From: Candidatus Omnitrophota bacterium
Lineage (GTDB): Bacteria; Omnitrophota; Gorgyraeia; Duberdicusellales; 4484-171
NCBI GenBank assembly: GCA_021735105.1
Contig: JAIPHS010000001.1
Span: forward strand, 5,484 to 69,483
Direction: 5' to 3'
DNA length: 64,000 nucleotides
In this document: positions 1 to 7,300 of the stretch, piece by piece
How positions within the stretch are numbered: position 1 is the first letter of the stretch
Layout of the letters: every line of letters starts with the position of its first letter
The notes under the pieces: generated by a model
What the model saw: only the letters and a program-made list of their open reading frames with translations
Database searches by the model: none
Told to the model about the DNA's origin: nothing
Program-made: the position numbers and the translations under genes

Positions 1-57
1 TAAAATATATCCAGGCAAAACGATTAAAATACCTATTCTAAAATAAGACCTTTTTGT

Positions 58-1017
58 ATGCGTAAAATAATTCCCATAGATGATTCATCTAAGCTTAAGT
101 ATATTTTTGGCTCCCAGGATAAGAATTTAAAGATATTAGAAAAAGAGTTAGATGTTTCTGTTTATTTAATTTCTCAAGGGATAGCTATCGAAGGGAAAAA
201 ATCTAATCTGGAAAGGGCTTTAACCCAGCTTAATAAAATCATTAAATTAACTCGGGAAGGATTCATTTTTTCCCAAGAAGAGTTGGTTGATTTTATCCAT
301 TCAGAAGAGCCTGTCACTTTTTTTAAAACACCAAATAAAACCAAAGATGGAATAAAAGTATTCTCTGGAAGTAAAGAAAAAGTTTTTCCTAAGACAAAAG
401 GCCAAGCTAATTATATTGCATCAATTAACCAAAGCGATATTGTCATCGGGACTGGCCCTGCCGGAACTGGTAAGACTTATTTGGCTATGGCGATGGCTGT
501 AAATTATTTATTGGAAAAAAAAGTACGGAGAATTATTCTTACTCGTCCTGCCATTGAAGCCGGTGAATCTTTGGGGTATTTACCCGGAAGTATGCAGGAG
601 AAGCTTAATCCTTATCTGCGTCCTTTATATGATGCTTTATATGATATGATGGATGTTGAAGCCATAGAAGAGTATCTTGAAGCAGGAATAATAGAAATAG
701 CTCCTTTGGCTTATATGAGGGGCAGAAGCCTTAATAATGCTTTTGTGATTTTAGATGAAGCACAAAATTGTACTTCAGAACAACTAAGAATGTTTTTAAC
801 TCGATTAGGGTTTGACTCAAAAACAGTAATTACCGGTGATATTACTCAAAGTGATTTACCGGGAGGAAAACCCACTGGTTTATTAGAGGCTAAGAGTATA
901 CTAAAAAAAATTAAAGGCATAGAGTTTATTGAGTTAAAAGGAAAAGACGTAGTAAGGCATCCTTTAATTCAAAAAATAATTCAAGCTTATGAAACTTTTT
1001 ATCAGAGCAAGCTTTAA
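58..1017 (+). CDS. phoH: PhoH family ATPase
   Basis: N-terminal KH-like region, Walker A GPAGTGKT, RPAIEAGESLGYLPG, AYMRGRSL, DEAQN, GDITQSDL. Confidence 0.95.
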   Translation: MRKIIPIDDSSKLKYIFGSQDKNLKILEKELDVSVYLISQGIAIEGKKSNLERALTQLNKIIKLTREGFIFSQEELVDFIHSEEPVTFFKTPNKTKDGIKVFSGSKEKVFPKTKGQANYIASINQSDIVIGTGPAGTGKTYLAMAMAVNYLLEKKVRRIILTRPAIEAGESLGYLPGSMQEKLNPYLRPLYDALYDMMDVEAIEEYLEAGIIEIAPLAYMRGRSLNNAFVILDEAQNCTSEQLRMFLTRLGFDSKTVITGDITQSDLPGGKPTGLLEAKSILKKIKGIEFIELKGKDVVRHPLIQKIIQAYETFYQSKL

Positions 1018-1020
1018 AAA

Positions 1021-2379
1021 ATGGATATTTCATTGGGTAAAAATAAAATAAAATTAAAGAATGCAATAATCGGCTCTAGTTTCTTTTTGATTGCAGTTTT
1101 TACTTTTTTTCTTTATTCAATTAGTCTTTCTTTGCTTGCTTTGATTGCAGCTTTATTTATCTATTTACAATTTTTTCGCCGGCCGGACAATTTACCATCT
1201 CTTCTAGATTTATCTATTCTTGCTATAATTGCTATTTTTATACCGGTACTTACTACAATAATATTTAAAATACCTGCTTATGGCATAGCGGCTATAGGTT
1301 TTGCTATTTTGATTACTCTATTATTTGAGAATTTGGAACTATCATTTGTTTTTTCTCTTTTTATTGCCGTTTTAGCTGGTGAGGTTTCCGATAGAAGCTT
1401 TAGCGTAGCTTTAAGTTTATTCATAGCTTCAATCATAGCTTCATTATTTAGTTTTCGGATTAGGCGCCGTTTCCAGGTAATTCAAGCGGGATTTTTAGCT
1501 GGAGTTGTACAATTTATTATGGCTTATATTTTAGAGGGCAAAAATGGGTTTTTAATGTTTTCTACATTAGACTTAGGTTTGCTTAAGATATGTTTAATTA
1601 ATGGCATTCTATCTTCAATTATTGTCTTAGGAATACTTCCAATTTTTGAATTTATATTTAAAGTCCTTACCAACATTTCTTTGCTTGAGCTTTCTGATTT
1701 TAATCACCCTTTGATAAGACGTTTAATACTTGAAGCTCCCGGGACTTACCAACATTCTTTAGTTATGGCTAATCTTAGCGAGGCGGCGGCAGAAGCTATT
1801 GGAGCTAATTCACTTCTGGCTAGAGTAGGGGCTTATTATCATGATATTGGAAAACTGATTAAGCCTCAGTATTTTGTTGAGAATTTGGTAAACTATAAAG
1901 ATATGCATAAAAAGTTAAAACCTTCAATGAGTAAGCTAATTATTTTCAACCATGTTAAAGAAGGGGTTGAGTTAGCAAAGAAATACCATATTAATCCGCA
2001 AATAATTAACTTTATTCGTCAGCATCATGGTAAAACTTTAGTTTATTATTTTTATCATCGGGCAAAAGAAGTTGATCCAAGCAATAAACACGAAGAAGAG
2101 TATAAATATCCAGGCCCCAAGCCTCAATCTAAAGAGATTGCTATTGTTGCTTTAGCTGATTCAGTTGAGGCTATCTCACGTACTGTTTCTGAACCGAATC
2201 CGGCCCGAATAGAAGAGATGATCAGAGAGATTGTAAGAAAGCGGTTTATGGAAGGCGAATTAGATGAAAGTAATCTTACCTTGAAAGATTTAGAAAAAAT
2301 TACTCAAAGTTTTATTCGCATATTAAATGCAACATTTCATACACGAATTAACTATCCCAAAGACAAGAAAAATGTTTAA
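1021..2379 (+). CDS. Membrane HD/HDIG phosphohydrolase (PgpH/YqfF-like, possible c-di-AMP phosphodiesterase)
   Basis: Several TM helices followed by EAPGTYQHS, YYHDIGK, HHG, YPGPKPQSKE, LADSVEA; phoH-HD-ybeY synteny. Confidence 0.85.
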   Translation: MDISLGKNKIKLKNAIIGSSFFLIAVFTFFLYSISLSLLALIAALFIYLQFFRRPDNLPSLLDLSILAIIAIFIPVLTTIIFKIPAYGIAAIGFAILITLLFENLELSFVFSLFIAVLAGEVSDRSFSVALSLFIASIIASLFSFRIRRRFQVIQAGFLAGVVQFIMAYILEGKNGFLMFSTLDLGLLKICLINGILSSIIVLGILPIFEFIFKVLTNISLLELSDFNHPLIRRLILEAPGTYQHSLVMANLSEAAAEAIGANSLLARVGAYYHDIGKLIKPQYFVENLVNYKDMHKKLKPSMSKLIIFNHVKEGVELAKKYHINPQIINFIRQHHGKTLVYYFYHRAKEVDPSNKHEEEYKYPGPKPQSKEIAIVALADSVEAISRTVSEPNPARIEEMIREIVRKRFMEGELDESNLTLKDLEKITQSFIRILNATFHTRINYPKDKKNV

Positions 2380-2386
2380 ACAAAGA

Positions 2387-2413
2387 TAGGGGCACATTGC
2401 AATGCGCCCCTAC
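2387..2413. repeat. REP-like palindrome (GTAG type)
   Basis: taggggcacattgcaatgcgcccctac; near-perfect GC-rich inverted repeat ending in CTAC (GTAG on the - strand). Confidence 0.7.
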
Positions 2414-2422
2414 CTTCTCTGC

Positions 2423-2848
2423 ATGGAAATATCCAATCGACAAAAGATTAAAAAAATAGATATGCAAAGAATAAGAAAATATTTAAACCAAATATTTTCT
2501 TACTTAATGATGGAGGAGAAAAAGGCCTCTTTTGTTTTTTGCGACAATCAGTTTATAGCTGAGTTAAATTATAACTATTTTAGAAAAAATACCGCCACTG
2601 ATGTTATTTCTTTTTCTTTAGCTGACGATATGGAACCAAACTATTTAGGAGAGGTGGTTATTTCTGTGGAGGAAGCGGTTCTTACTGCAAAAGGATTGAA
2701 ACTTAATTGGCAAAAAGAACTATTGCTTTATGCTATTCATGGTATATTACATCTTATTGGTTTTAAAGATAAAACATCCAAACAGAGGAAAGAAATGGAG
2801 CAAAAACAACAAGAAATTTTTTCTAAGTTTAAAAAAATAAAACTATAA
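2423..2848 (+). CDS. ybeY: rRNA maturation RNase YbeY
   Basis: TDVISF, LGEVVIS, HGILHLIGFKD zinc motif variant; start moved to ATG 2423 because the ATG at 2402 lies inside the palindrome. Confidence 0.9.
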   Translation: MEISNRQKIKKIDMQRIRKYLNQIFSYLMMEEKKASFVFCDNQFIAELNYNYFRKNTATDVISFSLADDMEPNYLGEVVISVEEAVLTAKGLKLNWQKELLLYAIHGILHLIGFKDKTSKQRKEMEQKQQEIFSKFKKIKL

Positions 2849-2850
2849 CC

Positions 2851-3621
2851 ATGATTAAAAAAGATATAGGTTTTGTTTTAAAGAGATTTAATTTTAGAGA
2901 AACAAGTATAATTGCGACTCTCTATTTACATAAATTTGGTAAAGTCAGAGGAATTTTTAAAGGATTTTACCGACAAAAAAAAGAGTTTTCTACTCCTTTA
3001 GATACTTTTAGCTTAAATGAATTTATATTTTATCCTAGAGATAGTGAAATTTGGTTAGTTTCGCAAGCAGAACTTATTAGTGAGTTTTCTTATTTAAGAA
3101 ATAATTTAAAAAAAGCGGCGATAGCGGGGTTTTTTCTAAGTTTACTAGATAAAACTATGCAGCTGTGGGATAAAAATAGGTATGTTTTTAACCTCACTTT
3201 TCATTGTATCCGTTTAATTGAAAAAGATCATATTAAGGCATTTTATCTTTTTTTAATTAAATTTTTAACTTTAGCCGGAGTTAAACCAGAGTTTAATCAT
3301 TGTATAATTTGTCAGCAGCTAATTAGAGGGCCTCGTTTTTTTAGTACTAAAAAAGGAGGGCTTCTTTGCGCTAGATGTTGCAAAAGTTATCAAGACTATA
3401 AAAGTATAAGTAAAGAAGCATCGAAAACATTTAGTTACATTCAAAATAATTCAATTGCAGCAGCCAGCCGCCTTCAGTTAAGCTTGCGCTCTCAAAACGA
3501 AATATTACAAATCATTCAAAGGTTTATGGCTTATCATTTTGATTTAGAAGATTTATTTCAAAATAATTTGTTATTTCCAGCTTCTTTAACTGTAAACCCT
3601 GAATTATTATTTCAATCTTGA
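2851..3621 (+). CDS. recO: DNA repair protein RecO
   Basis: N-terminal OB fold (GFVLKRFNFRETS), Zn finger CIIC...GGLLCARC; position after ybeY. Confidence 0.9.
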   Translation: MIKKDIGFVLKRFNFRETSIIATLYLHKFGKVRGIFKGFYRQKKEFSTPLDTFSLNEFIFYPRDSEIWLVSQAELISEFSYLRNNLKKAAIAGFFLSLLDKTMQLWDKNRYVFNLTFHCIRLIEKDHIKAFYLFLIKFLTLAGVKPEFNHCIICQQLIRGPRFFSTKKGGLLCARCCKSYQDYKSISKEASKTFSYIQNNSIAAASRLQLSLRSQNEILQIIQRFMAYHFDLEDLFQNNLLFPASLTVNPELLFQS

Positions 3622-3673
3622 GATTAATAAATATAAATAGGTTAGGAGAAAAGGTGGAAATGGAAGGAAGTTT

Positions 3674-3682
3674 TGGTATAAT
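3674..3682 (+). promoter_or_regulatory. Extended -10 promoter for queF
   Basis: TGgTATAAT, 8 nt upstream of the queF ATG; no SD sequence in the gap. Confidence 0.55.
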
Positions 3683-3690
3683 AAAATATT

Positions 3691-4122
3691 ATGATTTATG
3701 AAAAACGAGAAATATCTTCTCTAGAAAAAAAGGCCAAAAAAACTGTATCTAAGAGTTTTTTGCCCGAAGATATTGATGTCTCAATTTTACAAACCATTTC
3801 TTATAAATACCCAAAAAAGATAATTGATGTTCAACTAAGCTCACAAGAGTTTAGTAGTGTTTGTCCTTATTCCGATCTTCCTGATTTTGCTTGTTTGACA
3901 ATACGCTATACCCCTTATAAAAAATTGATTGAATTAAAATCTTTGAAATATTATATTTATGCTTTTCATAATGTAAAAATTTACAATGAGCACGTAGTAA
4001 ATAAGATTATGAAAGACTTAAAAAAAATACTAAATCCTCGCAAAATAGAAGTAACCGCAGAATTTAGTTGCCGAGGCGGTATAATCAATAAAGTTGCAGC
4101 TACTTTTAAGAAAAAGCATTAA
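3691..4122 (+). CDS. queF: NADPH-dependent preQ0 reductase (short, type I QueF)
   Basis: EFSSVCPYSDLPDF with catalytic Cys/Asp, ELKSLKYY signature, RGGI. Confidence 0.88.
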   Translation: MIYEKREISSLEKKAKKTVSKSFLPEDIDVSILQTISYKYPKKIIDVQLSSQEFSSVCPYSDLPDFACLTIRYTPYKKLIELKSLKYYIYAFHNVKIYNEHVVNKIMKDLKKILNPRKIEVTAEFSCRGGIINKVAATFKKKH

Positions 4123-4142
4123 GGCTAACCAGAAAAATATAA

Positions 4143-5075
4143 ATGCTTAAAAAAGCTATAATTTTATTTTTGTTATTTTTTAGCTCTTGTGCTCCTTTTA
4201 TAAATAAAGATAAATTTATTGTGTCCGGCACCTATCTAGAAGTACAATCGCCAGATGAACATGCTGCTAAAGTTGTCTACCAAGAATTTAGGCGTCTAGA
4301 TTTAATTTTTAATAGTTACCAAAAGAATTCAGAAAGTTATAAATTAAATAAGAGTCCAAATAAAGCATTTAAGGCATCAAGTGAGTTGGTTGAGGTTATA
4401 AAGGCAGCTAAAAAATATTATAAATTAAGCGAAGGCGCTTTTGATATAACAAAGGCTAAATTATATAGTTTTTGGAAAAAGTGGGGCAAAGAGAGTCAAA
4501 CCAGTAAATTTCCTAGCTTTGAGGAGATAGCGCAGCTACAAGATGCAGGGGATATAGATAGCATTGAGATTGATGAGGCAAAAAAAACTATCAGAATTAA
4601 TGACAATCAGTTAACTATTGATTTTTCTGGGATTGCTAAAGGTTACATAGTTGACAAGGCCGTTCTAAAGTTAAAAAAGTCAGGCATTGAGAGTGCCTTG
4701 GTTAATGCCGGTGGAGAGGTGTATTGTTTAGGTAAAAACAAAAAAAAGCCTTGGAGAGTTGGGATAAAAGGACCAAGTGGGATTATTAAAATCATAGAAG
4801 TAGTTGATGCTGCTGTTGCAACTTCTGGTAATTATGAGCAATTTTATGAAAAATCCGGAAAGAGCTATTCTCATATTATTGATCCGCGGACTGGATATCC
4901 AGTTAATAAAAAATTTTTAGGAGTAACAGTTATTGCAAAAAAATGTATAAAAGCAGATGTATTAGCAACAACTTTTTTTATAAATGGAAAAGAGTTTGCA
5001 AAAAAAATTATAAAGGATGACCCGTCAATTACTGCTTATTTTGTAACTGAAGCTGAAATAGAAAAGATAAACTAA
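4143..5075 (+). CDS. apbE: FAD:protein FMN transferase (lipoprotein)
   Basis: Lipobox FSSC, GAFDIT, DFSGIAKGY, NAGGE, ATSGNYE, HIIDPRTG, ADVLAT. Confidence 0.93.
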   Translation: MLKKAIILFLLFFSSCAPFINKDKFIVSGTYLEVQSPDEHAAKVVYQEFRRLDLIFNSYQKNSESYKLNKSPNKAFKASSELVEVIKAAKKYYKLSEGAFDITKAKLYSFWKKWGKESQTSKFPSFEEIAQLQDAGDIDSIEIDEAKKTIRINDNQLTIDFSGIAKGYIVDKAVLKLKKSGIESALVNAGGEVYCLGKNKKKPWRVGIKGPSGIIKIIEVVDAAVATSGNYEQFYEKSGKSYSHIIDPRTGYPVNKKFLGVTVIAKKCIKADVLATTFFINGKEFAKKIIKDDPSITAYFVTEAEIEKIN

Positions 5076-5102
5076 AAGAATTTAATTAAGTTAAGGTAAA
5101 TT

Positions 5103-5891
5103 ATGAAAAAAAACAATATAAAAATTAAGCAAGTTATGGCCGGAGAAAAGAAGATATCGATAGTTACTTGTTATGATTATTCTTTTGCCCGGATTTTAAA
5201 TCAAAGCGTTATTGATATTATTTTAGTGGGAGATTCTTTGGCTAATGTTTCATTGGGCCTTGCTGACACAAAAGAAATAACTATTGAGGAGATGTTGAAC
5301 CATACCAAGGCAGTCTCTAGAGGCGCTCCTGATAAAATTATTATTGCAGATATTCCTTATTCAGGATGCCAGAAAAAGTCTAGTCAACCCCTAGAAATTG
5401 CAAAAAGGCTTATCCAAGCTGGGGCTGATGGGATTAAAATAGAGTGGTTCAAGGGCTGTAAAAAAGTGATTAGAAAATTGGTAGAAAAAAATATTTGGGT
5501 TATGGGCCATATTGGGCTTACGCCTCAGACTGTGCATCTTTTGGGTGGTTATAAAGTTCAAGGTAAAGATAAAGAATCGGCTGATAAGTTAATTAAGCAA
5601 GCTAAGCTATTACAAGGCTTAGGTGTCTCTAGTATTGTTTTGGAATGCATAAAAAAAGATATCGCTAAACAAATTACTGAGAGTATAGATATTCCTACTA
5701 TTGGTATTGGGGCTGGGAAACATTGTGGCGGCCAAGTTTTAGTCTTATATGATTTATTGGGTATGTATCCTAATAAAATGAAATTTGTAAGAACTTTTTC
5801 TAATTTATCTTATCAAATAAAAGGTGCAATAAATTTATTTGATCAAGCCATAAAAAAGGAAACTTTTCCTTCAAACCAGGAAAGCTTTTAA
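5103..5891 (+). CDS. panB: 3-methyl-2-oxobutanoate hydroxymethyltransferase
   Basis: TCYDY, LVGDSL, GHIGLTPQ, PTIGIGAG, GQVLV. Confidence 0.96.
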   Translation: MKKNNIKIKQVMAGEKKISIVTCYDYSFARILNQSVIDIILVGDSLANVSLGLADTKEITIEEMLNHTKAVSRGAPDKIIIADIPYSGCQKKSSQPLEIAKRLIQAGADGIKIEWFKGCKKVIRKLVEKNIWVMGHIGLTPQTVHLLGGYKVQGKDKESADKLIKQAKLLQGLGVSSIVLECIKKDIAKQITESIDIPTIGIGAGKHCGGQVLVLYDLLGMYPNKMKFVRTFSNLSYQIKGAINLFDQAIKKETFPSNQESF

Positions 5892-5903
5892 AATATATTT
5901 TAA

Positions 5904-5932
5904 TTGACTGGTTTAGCCACTTCTGCTAATAT
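5904..5932 (+). promoter_or_regulatory. Sigma70-type promoter of the pur cluster
   Basis: TTGACT (5904-5909), 17 nt spacer, TAATAT (5927-5932) preceded by TG; SD AGGAGG at 5956-5961. Confidence 0.6.
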
Positions 5933-5966
5933 TGTATTCCTACAAACATTTATATAGGAGGCAGGT

Positions 5967-7259
5967 TTGATCAAAAGATATACCCCGGAAAAAATAGGTA
6001 AAATTTGGCAAGAAGATGAGAAGTTTAGGCGTTTTTTAAAGATTGAGGCTTTACTTTGTGAAGCTCTAGAGAAACAAAAGAAGATACCGAAAGGAACTAG
6101 TAAAAAGTTTTCTAAAGTAAAAATTTCAACTAGTAAAATAAAGGACATTGAAGCAAAAACCTGTCACGATATTGTAGCTTTCCTAAAACATATATCAGGT
6201 CAAATTGGCCCAGCTGCACAATATCTTCATCGGGGCCTTACTTCTTCAGATCTTCTAGATACAACTTTAGCCTGGCAAATAAAAGATGCTTGTAAAATTA
6301 TTTTGTCTGATTTAGATAAAGTAATAACTGTAGCTAAAAAGAAAGCAATAAAGTATAAAGATACAATCTGCATGGCTCGGACCCATGGGATGCATGCTGA
6401 AATTTATAGTTTTGGGCTAAAATTTCTTTATTTATATAACGATTTAATGGAGGAAAGAACGAAATTATCTGAAGCCCTTGATTATATAGTTTGCGGAAAA
6501 ATCTCTGGAGCTGTAGGAACATTTGCTTATTTTAGCCCAAATACCGAAGACTATATTTGTAAAAAGATAGGCATAAATAGAGCAAAAATTTCTACGCAAA
6601 TTGTTTCAAGAGAAAGGTTTGCATATTTTTTATCTTTACTTTCACTGATTGGATCAACTCTTGAAAGATTTGCTACCGAAATCAGGCATCTTCATCGGAC
6701 AGAAGTCAATGAAGCTAAAGAACCTTTTTATAAAGGACAAAAAGGTTCATCAGCTATGCCGCATAAACAAAATCCTATCATTTGTGAAAGAATTTGCGGC
6801 TTAGCACGTTTGCTTCGTTCTAATTCATTTGCTGCCTCGGAAAATATAAATCTTTGGCATGAACGAGATATTTCACATTCTTCAGTAGAAAGGGTTATAA
6901 TCCCGGATTCAACAATAATTATAGATTATATACTGCAAAAATTTAAAGAAGTTATATCCAGAATAAATGTGAGCTCTAAAGGAATGCTTAGAAATATTGA
7001 GCTTAACAGAGGGATAGTTTATTCTCAAAAAGTATTAATTGAACTTATGAAAAAAGGTTTATCTAGAATGCAGGCATATGATCTAGTTCAAGAAATTTCT
7101 TTAAGGGTAATTAATAATAGTTCACATTTTAAAGAAGAAGTGTTTAAAAACAACAAGATAAAAGATATCTTGGATAAAAAGATTCTAAATGACATATTTG
7201 ACCCGTACAATTATCTAGCAAATATAGACAAAATTTATAAAAGGTTTAATTTAAGTTAA
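5967..7259 (+). CDS. purB: Adenylosuccinate lyase
   Basis: HRGLTSSD, RTHGMHAE, GSSAMPHKQNP, WHERDISHSS; TTG start with SD. Confidence 0.96.
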   Translation: MIKRYTPEKIGKIWQEDEKFRRFLKIEALLCEALEKQKKIPKGTSKKFSKVKISTSKIKDIEAKTCHDIVAFLKHISGQIGPAAQYLHRGLTSSDLLDTTLAWQIKDACKIILSDLDKVITVAKKKAIKYKDTICMARTHGMHAEIYSFGLKFLYLYNDLMEERTKLSEALDYIVCGKISGAVGTFAYFSPNTEDYICKKIGINRAKISTQIVSRERFAYFLSLLSLIGSTLERFATEIRHLHRTEVNEAKEPFYKGQKGSSAMPHKQNPIICERICGLARLLRSNSFAASENINLWHERDISHSSVERVIIPDSTIIIDYILQKFKEVISRINVSSKGMLRNIELNRGIVYSQKVLIELMKKGLSRMQAYDLVQEISLRVINNSSHFKEEVFKNNKIKDILDKKILNDIFDPYNYLANIDKIYKRFNLS

Positions 7260-7300
7260 ACCCCTCATTAGCTGATTAATTAATAAATAATAGGAGTTTT

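Noticed and set aside
3622-3690. preQ1 riboswitch upstream of queF
   Set aside because: No preQ1 stem-loop with A-rich tail seen, and the -10 element leaves almost no leader.
5892-5966. Purine or ZTP riboswitch ahead of purB
   Set aside because: The predicted leader is only about 30 nt, too short for either aptamer.
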